Below are positions 1-9,233 of a DNA stretch of 64,000 nt, piece after piece; within the stretch, counting starts at the first letter, position 1; each line of letters starts with the position of its first letter. Made by a program: the position numbers and the translations under genes. The stretch spans positions 576,001 to 640,000 of the forward strand of contig JAWLHJ010000001.1 in the NCBI GenBank assembly GCA_041690395.1. Direction: 5' to 3'. This stretch comes from Longimicrobiales bacterium (GTDB taxonomy: Bacteria > Gemmatimonadota > Gemmatimonadetes > Longimicrobiales > Gaopeijiaceae). Below the pieces are notes generated by a model. It saw only the letters and a list, made by a program, of their open reading frames with translations, was not told where the DNA came from and ran no database searches.

Positions 1-2
1 GC

Positions 3-3000
3 GACGTGCTGAACTACCACCTCGCGCTCGGCTCGGGGGATCAGGCGAGGCTCCACTTCCACATGGGCGCTTCCGTGGAGCGCATGGAGGAGGTCGACAC
101 CGCCGAGCTCGAACAGACGGTCGGGCGGCTGATCCGCACCTGGGAGGACCGCATCCAGGAGGGGCTCGAGCTGGTGACGAGCCCGGACGAGGCGAGGACT
201 CTGGCGCGGGCCTACGCGAGCACCCTCAGCCGTGAGTACCAGGCGGCCACCGACCCCCACGTCGCCGTGGCCGACATCCAGACGCTCGAGTCCATGAAGA
301 CGGACGGACGGTCCACCTCCATCGCGTTCGCCAATCGGGGCGAGGGCGTGCGGATCGCCGGCGTCGAGGACGTCACGGAGTTGAAGGTCTTCCTCCGCGG
401 TGAGCGGCTCGTCCTCTCGGACTTCATGCCGGTTCTCGAGGATTGCGGACTCAAGGTCCTGGCCGTGAAGCCGTTCGTGGTGGGCGGCGACGGGGAGCCC
501 GACGCGACCATCTACGTCTTCGCGGTGCTCGACTCCGAGGGCCAGCTCCTCGACGTCGAGCGTCGCGCCGACCTGCTGTCCGAGACGATCCTGGCGGTGC
601 GGGCCGGTGACGCGCTGAGTGATCGCCTGAATGCGCTCGTGGTCACGGCCGGGCTGCGTTGGCGGGAAGTCGACGTCCTGCGTGCCTACGCGGGCTTCGC
701 CTTCCAGATGCGGGCGGTGCCGAGTCGTCTGGCGCTCCCGTCGGCCCTGGTGGCGCATCCGGGCATCGCGGGCGAGCTGTTCGAGCTCTTCCAGACACGA
801 TTCGACCCCAAGCGGGGGATGTCCCCGGCGGAACGGGAGTCGGTCGCCGACGACATCCGCGGCGCGTTCAACGCGTCTCTGCGCGGCGTCAGCCTCCTGT
901 CGGACGACCGGGCGCTCCGGCGCCTGGAACAGCTGATCGGCGCGACGGCCCGGACCAACTACTACCGGACGGGTGGTGCCGACCCGACCGCCCGCTCGGG
1001 TGGCGTCCCGTACATCTCGTTCAAGTTCCAGTGCGCGGACCTCGACTTCGGTCGCTCCTCGCGGCTCCTCTACGAGGTGTGGGTGCACTCCGCGCGCATG
1101 GAGGGGATCCACCTTCGTGGGGCCAGGGTGGCCCGCGGCGGTATCCGTTGGAGTGACCGGCCGGACGACTTCCGGACCGAGGTGCTCGGCCTCGTGCGCA
1201 CGCAGGTCGTGAAGAACGCGGTGATCGTGCCGGGCGGATCGAAGGGTGGCTTCATCACGCGCGTCGTTCCGTCCGAGCCCGACGAGCGATGGGAGGAGGG
1301 GCGTAGCCAGTACCAGACGCTCATCCGGGGGTTGCTCGACGTGACCGACAACCTGGTCGAGGGGCGAACGGTCACGCCGGAGGGCGTGGTTCCGTTCGAC
1401 CAGCCGGACCCGTACCTGGTGGTCGCGGCCGACAAGGGCACGGCCACCTTCTCCGACCTCGCCAACGACGTGTCGGAGGAGTATGGCTTCTGGCTCGGCG
1501 ACGCGTTCGCCTCCGGCGGCTCGCACGGCTACGACCACAAGGCGGTCGGCATCACCGCGCGCGGTGGTTGGGAGTGCGTGAAGCGTCACTTCCGGGAGAA
1601 GGGGAAGGACATCCAGGTCCAGCCGTTCACGGTCGCGGGTATCGGGGACATGAGCGGCGACGTGTTCGGCAACGGCATGCTCCTCTCCGAGCAGATCAAG
1701 CTCGTGGCCGCATTCGATCACCGTCACGTCTTCATCGATCCAGATCCGGATCCTGCGACGTCCTTCGCCGAGCGGAAGCGGATCTTCGGGTTGGGGCGAA
1801 GCAGCTGGGCCGACTACGACATCTCGCTCCTGAGCGAGGGCGGCATGGTCGTTCCGCGTGGGGCCAAGGAGGTCGAGCTGACGCCGGAGGCCCGCGAGGC
1901 GCTCGGTGTTCCGGACGACGAGCCGGAGACCATGGACGGCGAGTCGCTCATTCGCTGGGTGCTCAAGGCGCCGGTCGAGCTTCTCTGGAACGGTGGAATC
2001 GGCACGTACGTGAAGGCGGACGGCGAGACGCATGCCGACGCGGGAGACCCGGCGAACGACGCGGTCCGCATCGACGCCTCGGAGCTCCGCTGCGCCGTGA
2101 TCGGCGAGGGCGGGAATCTCGGCCTGACGCAGAAGGCCCGGATCGCCTACGCGCTGAAAGGCGGCCGCATGAACACCGACGCCCTCGACAACTCGGCGGG
2201 CGTCGACATGTCGGACCACGAGGTGAACCTCAAGATCCTCCTCGCGCCGGCGGTGGTGGGCGGCTCGATGACGGAGGACGGCCGCAACGAGCTGCTGGAG
2301 GAGCTCACCGAGGCGGTGGCGGAGCTCGTGCTGGATGACAACCGGTCGCAGAGCCTCGCGGTGTCGCTCGACGAGCAGCGGGCGCGCGAGGGCTTCGACG
2401 ATTTCAGGGATCTCATGTTCGCCCTCGAGAAGACGGGGGAGCTCGACCGTGTCTCGGAAGGGCTGCCGTCGCTCGACGTGCTCGGAGAGCGGAAGGAGCG
2501 CGGCCAGACGCTGGTGCGGCCAGAGCTGTGCGTGCTCCTGGCGCATGCCAAGCTGGCGCTCAAGACGCGCCTGCTGGCCGGTGGGCTTCCGGACGACCCC
2601 GTCACCGAGAGCTATCTCCTGGGGTACTTCCCCCCTGCCGCGATCAACGCATCCGGAAGGGAGCACCTCGAGGGTCACCGGCTGCGCCGCGAGATCATCG
2701 CCAGCCAGCTCACCAACGATCTCGTGGACGTCATGGGCGCGACGTTCATCACCCGCGTCGCCCGCGACACCGGATCGAAGGTGGAGGACGTGGCGAGGGC
2801 GTGGCTCGTGGCCGCCCGCTTGTCCGACCACCGGGCGCTCCTGTCACAGATCGCGGAGCAGCACGACCGCCTGAATCTCCGCGTCGCCTACCGCTGGGTC
2901 CTCGGCCTGGCGCGCGTGTTGGAGCGGACCACCCGCTGGGTCCTCCAGAACGTCGACCACGATATCTCCCCGGCCACTGTCGTCGACCGGAGCGTCCCCG

Positions 3001-3542
3001 GTCTGGCCGTGTTACGCGACAACTTCGCGTCTTTCGTCCAGGGCGAGGATCGCACGCTGTTCGAAGCCCGTGTCGAGGAGATCCGAAAGGTCGGTGCGGA
3101 CGAGGTCTTCTCGCGGCGGCTGATCACGCTCCGCTTCCTCGACCAGCTGCTGGAGGTGCTCGAGATCGCGCGGGAGACCGAGTCCGATCCCGTGGCCGCG
3201 GCCCAGGCGTTCTACCGGACCTCCGACCTGTTCGACGTCCCCTGGCTCCGCCGCACCGCGTTCGCTACGTCCGGAGGGGATCACTGGGAGCAGCGCGCGG
3301 CCCAGGCGCTCTCGGAGGACCTGGCGCGCGCGCACCGCAGGATCGTCGTCAGCATCATCCAGCGGGCCGAGGATGGACAGACGATCGCTCACGCGACGGA
3401 CAGGCTGCTGCGCATCCGGGCCCGTGAGATCGAGCGGTTCCGTGGCCTCGTGACCGATCTGAAAGCGGAGACATCCGTCGGATTCGCGGCCATCTCCGTC
3501 GTCGTTCGAGAGCTCGCGACACTGGCGGAACGGGGGGCATGA
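3..3542 (+). CDS. gdh: Large NAD-specific glutamate dehydrogenase (GDH2 type), 5' end outside the window
   Basis: Motifs GIHLRGARVARGGIRWSDR, VKNAVIVPGGSKGGF, DPYLVVAADKGTATFSD, GIGDMSGDVFGNGML and GEGGNLG. The frame is open from the window edge. Confidence 0.95.
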   Translation, partial: DVLNYHLALGSGDQARLHFHMGASVERMEEVDTAELEQTVGRLIRTWEDRIQEGLELVTSPDEARTLARAYASTLSREYQAATDPHVAVADIQTLESMKTDGRSTSIAFANRGEGVRIAGVEDVTELKVFLRGERLVLSDFMPVLEDCGLKVLAVKPFVVGGDGEPDATIYVFAVLDSEGQLLDVERRADLLSETILAVRAGDALSDRLNALVVTAGLRWREVDVLRAYAGFAFQMRAVPSRLALPSALVAHPGIAGELFELFQTRFDPKRGMSPAERESVADDIRGAFNASLRGVSLLSDDRALRRLEQLIGATARTNYYRTGGADPTARSGGVPYISFKFQCADLDFGRSSRLLYEVWVHSARMEGIHLRGARVARGGIRWSDRPDDFRTEVLGLVRTQVVKNAVIVPGGSKGGFITRVVPSEPDERWEEGRSQYQTLIRGLLDVTDNLVEGRTVTPEGVVPFDQPDPYLVVAADKGTATFSDLANDVSEEYGFWLGDAFASGGSHGYDHKAVGITARGGWECVKRHFREKGKDIQVQPFTVAGIGDMSGDVFGNGMLLSEQIKLVAAFDHRHVFIDPDPDPATSFAERKRIFGLGRSSWADYDISLLSEGGMVVPRGAKEVELTPEAREALGVPDDEPETMDGESLIRWVLKAPVELLWNGGIGTYVKADGETHADAGDPANDAVRIDASELRCAVIGEGGNLGLTQKARIAYALKGGRMNTDALDNSAGVDMSDHEVNLKILLAPAVVGGSMTEDGRNELLEELTEAVAELVLDDNRSQSLAVSLDEQRAREGFDDFRDLMFALEKTGELDRVSEGLPSLDVLGERKERGQTLVRPELCVLLAHAKLALKTRLLAGGLPDDPVTESYLLGYFPPAAINASGREHLEGHRLRREIIASQLTNDLVDVMGATFITRVARDTGSKVEDVARAWLVAARLSDHRALLSQIAEQHDRLNLRVAYRWVLGLARVLERTTRWVLQNVDHDISPATVVDRSVPGLAVLRDNFASFVQGEDRTLFEARVEEIRKVGADEVFSRRLITLRFLDQLLEVLEIARETESDPVAAAQAFYRTSDLFDVPWLRRTAFATSGGDHWEQRAAQALSEDLARAHRRIVVSIIQRAEDGQTIAHATDRLLRIRAREIERFRGLVTDLKAETSVGFAAISVVVRELATLAERGA

Positions 3543-4018
3543 CCCCGGGGCGCCTCCGTCGGAGGGGGTTCACGCTCATCGAGCTGATCGCGGTGCTGAC
3601 GTTGAGCGCCGCCCTGATGGGCATCGCCGGCCTCACGATGGGCCGGTATCTCGGACGGAGTGCCGCCCGCCACGCGGCGCAGGTGTTCGCCCAGGATCTG
3701 ACCCAGGCCCGCATGTTCGCCGTCCGGTCGCAGCAGCGGGTCGTCGTCCGCTTCTACGAGGGCAGCATGCGGTACGAGATCGTCTCCGGAGACGGAAGCA
3801 CCGAGGTCGCCCAGCGCCGCTACACCGGCTCCGACGGCCCGGACCTCTCGGCGATCGAGCTCGACCTGGACGGCGACTCGCTCGTCTTCGACCGGCGCGG
3901 CTTCGCCGACCTGTCCGGCGCACCGGGGACGCTGGGCACCGCTCGCTTCGTCGCGGGGACGGCGGCCTATACCGTCTCGTTCAACGGCTTGGGCGGGTCG
4001 CGTCTGGAGGCGTCGTGA
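3539..4018 (+). CDS. Type IV minor pilin/pseudopilin, FimT/FimU/GspH-like
   Basis: Class III signal RRRG|FTLIELIAVL. ATGA overlap with the gdh stop. Confidence 0.85.
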   Translation: MTPGRLRRRGFTLIELIAVLTLSAALMGIAGLTMGRYLGRSAARHAAQVFAQDLTQARMFAVRSQQRVVVRFYEGSMRYEIVSGDGSTEVAQRRYTGSDGPDLSAIELDLDGDSLVFDRRGFADLSGAPGTLGTARFVAGTAAYTVSFNGLGGSRLEAS

Positions 4019-4404
4019 GCGAGTCGTCGACGCCGGCCACCGGGTGGAGGAGCGGGTTCACCCTCATCGAGGTGGTCGCCGCCCTCGTCATCTTCTCGAT
4101 CGGCGTGCTGATGGTGATCCGCCTGAGCACCGCGTCGAGCACGCAGATGCGGTACGCCGGGGTCTCGTCGGCCCTCGCGCTGCGGGCGGCCGAGAGGCTC
4201 GATTCGCTGGAGGCCGAGCCCTTCGCCTCGCTCTCGACCGGAACCGAGTCCGACACCTTCGTCGTCTCCGGGCTCGATTACGAACGGGTGGTGACGCTCA
4301 CGCGCCTGACCCCGCTACTGGCGCGGGTGGACGTGACGCTGACGCCGGTCGACGGCCAGGGCCCGATGCTCGCGACCACCTCCTATGTCTCGGAGATCTG
4401 GTGA
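4015..4404 (+). CDS. Type IV minor pilin, PilV-like
   Basis: RSG|FTLIEVVAALVIFSIG prepilin motif. GTGA overlap with the previous gene. Confidence 0.85.
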   Translation: MSESSTPATGWRSGFTLIEVVAALVIFSIGVLMVIRLSTASSTQMRYAGVSSALALRAAERLDSLEAEPFASLSTGTESDTFVVSGLDYERVVTLTRLTPLLARVDVTLTPVDGQGPMLATTSYVSEIW

Positions 4405-5258
4405 GCGCGGCGCGCGGGGGCTTCACCCTGGTCGAGACGCTGATCGCGCTCGTGCTGTCGTCGCTGGTGATCATCCTGGTCAGCTCGACGTTCCTGGTGC
4501 AGAACCGGTATCAGGCGAACCAGGTGCTGCGGGCGGGTGTCCACGACAACGCGCGAGCCGCGACGGACCTCCTCGCGCGCGAGCTCCGCTCGTCGATGAG
4601 GGCCGGGATCCTCGTTGCCGGACCACGCACCCTGACGGTCCGGTCCCCGGTGGCCGTCGCCACGGTCTGTGGGCAGTCCGGCGCCTTCTTCACGAACATC
4701 GACGTCCACATTGACGGGGGCGTCTCGCGGATGGCGACGGAGGAGATCGCGGGGGTGGCGGTGTTGGACGAGTCGACGGGCGCCTGGGACTACGAGCGGG
4801 CGACGTGGAGCTTCGTCGACGGGGGAAGCACCGGCAGCGCGGCCCGGTGTGCGGGCAACGGGGCCGACACCTTGAACGCCTACGGATCGTTCCATTCGAT
4901 CCGGCGGCTGATCTTTCTCTACGGGCTCGACATCCCCGACGTCGGCGAGCTCGTCATGCTCTTCCGTGAGACCACGTTTCGGATCGACGACTCGGATCTC
5001 GAGCCCGGGGTGCTGGCGCTCTTCCGCGAGCCGTACGGGCGGGACCCGGTCGAGTTCGCGTCCGGCATCGACACCACGGCGCTTTTCCGGTACCGGTTGG
5101 GCGGGACCACGTACCAGGACACCGTCGACGCCGGATCGGTCGGCGCCATCGACGCGGTACGCCTGGTGCTCGACGCCCGCATGCGCTCCCAGAATCTGCC
5201 CGGGGCCGAGGTCACCTTCGGACTGTCGACGAACCTGCCGCTCGTGAACGCGCCGTGA
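4401..5258 (+). CDS. Type IV minor pilin, PilW-like
   Basis: The GTG start at 4401 gives MSAARGG|FTLVETLIALVLSSL. It is the third gene of the coupled cluster. Confidence 0.85.
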   Translation: MSAARGGFTLVETLIALVLSSLVIILVSSTFLVQNRYQANQVLRAGVHDNARAATDLLARELRSSMRAGILVAGPRTLTVRSPVAVATVCGQSGAFFTNIDVHIDGGVSRMATEEIAGVAVLDESTGAWDYERATWSFVDGGSTGSAARCAGNGADTLNAYGSFHSIRRLIFLYGLDIPDVGELVMLFRETTFRIDDSDLEPGVLALFREPYGRDPVEFASGIDTTALFRYRLGGTTYQDTVDAGSVGAIDAVRLVLDARMRSQNLPGAEVTFGLSTNLPLVNAP

Positions 5259-6328
5259 CGGGCTTATCGGGTCGGGTGGTCCCGCGCCCCATGGCGGTCG
5301 GCGTGCAGCAAATGGACGGCTCGCGGGGCGGCTTCGTGCTCGCGCTCGTCGTCCTCATGCTCTTCGCCATCTCGATCATGGGCGGAGCCGGATATCTGAT
5401 CGTGAGCTCCGAGGCCAGGATGGCGCGCTACGCGACGCAGGGTGAGGAGGCCCTGGCGATCGCCAGAGGCGGCCTGCAGCGCTTCGTGTCCGAGCAGCTC
5501 GGCGTGGTCGCGGATTCGATGCGATACGCGATCGGTGCCGGAGAGACGCTCGTGACCGCGCGGCGCATGTCGGCGCTCGACCCGTTCACCGACGTCTACT
5601 TCATCCGGTCGGATGCCGCCATCGTCGATCCGCTCGTGCCGGGCACTCCGGCCCGGAGGGTCGTCGGCGCGTACGCGCACCACCGCCGCCGACCCGTTCC
5701 ACTGCATGCCGCCGTGGTGCTCAGCGTCGAGGACTTCCTCGTCGGAAACAACAGCACCGTGAGCGGCATCGACATTGGCGGCGCGGTTTGTCCGGGGGGA
5801 GTTGCGCCCCCCATCGGCGGCGCGATCGCCCGGGACGACATCGACAGGACCGGAACTCTCCTCGGGAGCCCGGAGGAGCAGTATTGGAGCGGTGGCTACA
5901 GCGAGTTCATGACTCGGATGGGGCTCAGGTGGGACGTGCTGTCCGACCCTGGCTTCCCGGTCGACTTCGAGGACGTCCAACCGGACTTCTCCACCCTGCC
6001 CGCCGACTCCTTTCCGGTGGTCCGCATCAACGGGAGCCTGAACGGGACGTCTCCGTGGAGCGGTCGTGGCGTGCTCATCGTCCGCGACCAGTTCGACGCC
6101 AACCCCAGCTTCACCTGGGAGGGGATCGTGCTCGCCGGATGGGTGGATGACCGGATCATGGGAAACATCGACGGCATGTTGATCGGCGGCTTCTCGGGGA
6201 CGGAGCCGTACGACGAGGTCGAGACGCGCAATGGAGACATCCGCTACCACTCGTGCAACGTGCGCCGAGCGAACGAGTCGCTGTCGTATCTCCAGCTGAT
6301 TCCGAACACGCTCTTCGAGGTGCGCTGA
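5255..6328 (+). CDS. PilX/GspK-like minor pilin (start may be 5291 or 5312)
   Basis: RGG|FVLALVVLML lacks Glu+5, as is typical of PilX/GspK. Large C-terminal domain. Last gene of the cluster. Confidence 0.75.
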   Translation: MTGLSGRVVPRPMAVGVQQMDGSRGGFVLALVVLMLFAISIMGGAGYLIVSSEARMARYATQGEEALAIARGGLQRFVSEQLGVVADSMRYAIGAGETLVTARRMSALDPFTDVYFIRSDAAIVDPLVPGTPARRVVGAYAHHRRRPVPLHAAVVLSVEDFLVGNNSTVSGIDIGGAVCPGGVAPPIGGAIARDDIDRTGTLLGSPEEQYWSGGYSEFMTRMGLRWDVLSDPGFPVDFEDVQPDFSTLPADSFPVVRINGSLNGTSPWSGRGVLIVRDQFDANPSFTWEGIVLAGWVDDRIMGNIDGMLIGGFSGTEPYDEVETRNGDIRYHSCNVRRANESLSYLQLIPNTLFEVR

Positions 6329-6355
6329 TGCGCCACGGGGGGGCGGCAGGAGCCG

Positions 6356-6380
6356 GGAACCATCGCCTCATGGACAGGTA
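6356..6380 (+). promoter_or_regulatory. Possible ECF-sigma promoter GGAACC-N15-GGTA
   Basis: Lies 6 nt upstream of the ATG at 6387. The same motif occurs before sufE, and a variant occurs before the 55747 gene. Confidence 0.3.
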
Positions 6381-6386
6381 CTGAAC

Positions 6387-6782
6387 ATGCCTGTCTTCCT
6401 CCGTGGATGCCGTATGGACGCTCTGAGCCACACACGTGACCACCGCCTGGTGCGCCGTCTCGGCGTGCTGGTCATGGCCGTGTTCCAGCTCACCGCAGCG
6501 GTTGCGCTCCCGGCGGCGGACGGTGTGCTCGACATGGATCGCTACGGCACGCCGACCCACGTGGAGTCCGAGGGGAGCGACGACTGCGCCCCGCACCACG
6601 ACCACGCATTCTGTCAGGTCGTGCGGGCGACGGGGCTCGCCAACCCATCGCGGGCCGCCGTCAACGTCGGGGTCGGCGACCAGGTTCACCAGCTTCATCG
6701 TCTCGGCGGCTCCGTCGAGGCCGACATCCCGAGTCCCGTTCTCGAGGGCTCGACCGGACCGCGGGCACCTCCCTCCGCGTAG
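6387..6782 (+). CDS. DUF2946-like (CruR/CutF-type) upstream regulatory ORF with C-terminal RAPP arrest motif
   Basis: N-terminal hydrophobic/signal segment, metal-ligand cluster THVESEGSDDCAPHHDHAFCQVV and C-terminus GPRAPPSA*. It sits directly upstream of a TonB-dependent receptor. Alternative start at 6414. Confidence 0.8.
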   Translation: MPVFLRGCRMDALSHTRDHRLVRRLGVLVMAVFQLTAAVALPAADGVLDMDRYGTPTHVESEGSDDCAPHHDHAFCQVVRATGLANPSRAAVNVGVGDQVHQLHRLGGSVEADIPSPVLEGSTGPRAPPSA

Positions 6783-6918
6783 TCCCGTCGTGGGCGTCCG
6801 TCCCACGGCTGTTCCATCTGTAATCCGACGTTCGGCCCATTCCGGTCGCCGAGTGAGCGGTCGCACACGCGGATCCTCCGTGGCGTGCGGCCTCCACGTC
6901 GTGAACCCGACGAGATCC

Positions 6919-9162
6919 ATGAACGCATTACGTAGAAGCAACGTCTCCCGACGCGCGCTCCTCGCGCTGGCCGTGCTGGTCACCACCGTCTGCGCGACCC
7001 GGGCGGAAGCGCAGACGCCGGAGCACGAAGGCGAGATCGAGGGCCTGGTCCGCGACGCCGAGTCCGGGCAGCCGCTGGCGGGAGTCCTCGTCTCCGTGCT
7101 CGATGCGCGGCCGGCGGCGACCACCCACGGAGACGGCTCGTTCCACATCGCCGGGCTCGCGCCCGGCATGCATACGTTGAGGGTGGAGCGGCTCGGGTAC
7201 CGGACCGTTACGCTGGAGGTGTCGACGGACGAGACCGGCGCTCTTTTGGTCATCGAGCTCACGGCCTCGCCTCTCGACGTGAGCGGGCTGATCGTCACGG
7301 GCGCGCTCACCGAGCGCAGCGCGTCCGAGGCCCTGCGGCCGGTCAACGTGCTGAGTGGCCAGGACCTCCAGCGTCGGCTCCAGGGGACGGTGGCCGCCAC
7401 GCTGTCGTCCGAGCCCGGGGTCGCGGTGACGAGCATGGGGCCAGCCACCGCCCGCCCCGTCATCCGGGGTCTCAGCGGCGACCGGGTGCTCATGCTCGAA
7501 GACGGTGTGCGAAGCGGTGACATGTCGAGCACCGGATCGGATCACGCCACGGCGATGGACCCTTCATCGGCCCGGCGCATCGAGGTGGTGCGGGGACCCG
7601 CGGCCATCCTCTACGGGAGCAACGCGCTCGGTGGCGTGGTCAACGTCATCCGTGACGAGGTGCCGTCGGACGTGCCACACCACCCGACGGGCGCGGTGAC
7701 GCTGCAAGGACAGTCGGTGACCGGAGCATTCGGTGGGAGCGCGCACGTGCGGACCGCCGTAACCGACCGGATCCCCGTCCGCTTCGAGATCGGAGGACGC
7801 TCCTCGGGTGACCTCCGGACCCCGATCGGGCGGCTCGAGAACACCGGCGCCGAGAGCTGGAACGGAGGTGGAGGCGTCGCGTGGGTCGAGGAGAGCGGCC
7901 ACATCGGCGCGGCGTTCAGGGCGTTCAAGAACGACTACGGGATTCCGGGTGGCTTCGTCGGCGGCCACGAGGAGGGCGTCCGCATCGAGATGGAGCGGAT
8001 GTCGACCCGGGTCGATGGACGGCTGGAGGGCGAGTGGGGTCCTTTCCGCTCGGTCGAGGTCGACGGCTCCTACACCTGGTATCGGCATCTGGAGGTCGAG
8101 CCGCCGAACGTCATCGGGACGTTCTTCAAGCTGCAGACCACGAGTGCCGACCTGTTGGCCCGGCACGAGGGCTGGGGCCCGTTCTCGAACGGGGCGATCG
8201 GGACGCGCGCGTCGCTCGAGGACTTCAACTTCGCGGGCGGCCTCGCGACCCCGGACACCCGGAGGACGACCCTGGCCGGCTACGTATTCGAAGAGATCGA
8301 CCTCGACCCGCTTCGGATCGAGGCCGGACTCCGGTACGACTGGGCGAAGGCGGACCCGCTCCAGGACGACCCGGATTCGGACATCGGGGCGATCCGCGAC
8401 CGCACCTTCCACGCCGCGTCGGGATCGCTCGGTCTGCTGTACGCGTTTCCGGGCGGGGTGACGGCGGGGGCGAGCGTGGCGAGGGCCTTCCGGACGCCGG
8501 ACATCAACGAGCTGTACTCGGAGGGCCCGCACCTCGCGGCATACGCGTTCGAGGTCGGGAACCCCTCGCTCGACAACGAAGTGGGAACGGGCGTGGACGT
8601 GTTCGTCCGTCTGGAGCGTGACCGTGTGTCGGCCGAGCTCACGGGATTCAGGAACGACATCTCGGGCTACATCTATCCGGCCGAGACCGGGGACACGAGC
8701 AACATCAACCTGCCCATCTACCAGTTCCGAGGCGACGACGCGCTCCTGACCGGCTTCGAGGGACGGCTGGACTGGAGCGTGATCGGGCACCTCACCCTCC
8801 ATGGAACGGCTTCGTACGTGAGGGGGCAGCGGGACGAGAACGACACGCCGCTTCCGCTCATCCCGCCGCTCCAGGGCCGTGTCGGGCTCGAGTATGAGCA
8901 TCCCGCGTGGTTCCTCAGAGGCGAGACGGTGCTGGCGGGCAGGCAGGACCGCGTCGACGAGTTCGAGACCCCGACGGACGGCCATGCCGTGTTCGACCTT
9001 TCGGCCGGCCTGCGGCTCACGGTCTCCGGGCGGTTGCACACCATCTCCGTCAGCGCCGAGAACGTCACGAACAGCGAGTACCGGAATCATCTGTCCCGGG
9101 TCAAGGAGATCATGCCCGAGGCTGGACGGGGGTTGAGCGTCACCTATCGCGTCGTGTTCTGA
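6919..9162 (+). CDS. TonB-dependent receptor, ZnuD-like metal transporter
   Basis: Signal peptide, N-terminal carboxypeptidase-regulatory-like domain and plug motifs (ARPVIRGLSGDRV, RIEVVRGPAAILYGSNALGGVVNV). Also ELYSEGPHLAAYAFEVGN and a C-terminal Phe. The ORF track starts at 6436, but the ATG at 6919 fits the signal peptide. Confidence 0.9.
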   Translation: MNALRRSNVSRRALLALAVLVTTVCATRAEAQTPEHEGEIEGLVRDAESGQPLAGVLVSVLDARPAATTHGDGSFHIAGLAPGMHTLRVERLGYRTVTLEVSTDETGALLVIELTASPLDVSGLIVTGALTERSASEALRPVNVLSGQDLQRRLQGTVAATLSSEPGVAVTSMGPATARPVIRGLSGDRVLMLEDGVRSGDMSSTGSDHATAMDPSSARRIEVVRGPAAILYGSNALGGVVNVIRDEVPSDVPHHPTGAVTLQGQSVTGAFGGSAHVRTAVTDRIPVRFEIGGRSSGDLRTPIGRLENTGAESWNGGGGVAWVEESGHIGAAFRAFKNDYGIPGGFVGGHEEGVRIEMERMSTRVDGRLEGEWGPFRSVEVDGSYTWYRHLEVEPPNVIGTFFKLQTTSADLLARHEGWGPFSNGAIGTRASLEDFNFAGGLATPDTRRTTLAGYVFEEIDLDPLRIEAGLRYDWAKADPLQDDPDSDIGAIRDRTFHAASGSLGLLYAFPGGVTAGASVARAFRTPDINELYSEGPHLAAYAFEVGNPSLDNEVGTGVDVFVRLERDRVSAELTGFRNDISGYIYPAETGDTSNINLPIYQFRGDDALLTGFEGRLDWSVIGHLTLHGTASYVRGQRDENDTPLPLIPPLQGRVGLEYEHPAWFLRGETVLAGRQDRVDEFETPTDGHAVFDLSAGLRLTVSGRLHTISVSAENVTNSEYRNHLSRVKEIMPEAGRGLSVTYRVVF

Positions 9163-9233
9163 GCAGCGGCTGCCGGGGCTCGACGCGATCCCCAGTGAAG
9201 GCGGCCACGAGTCACATCACAGGAGAAACAACC

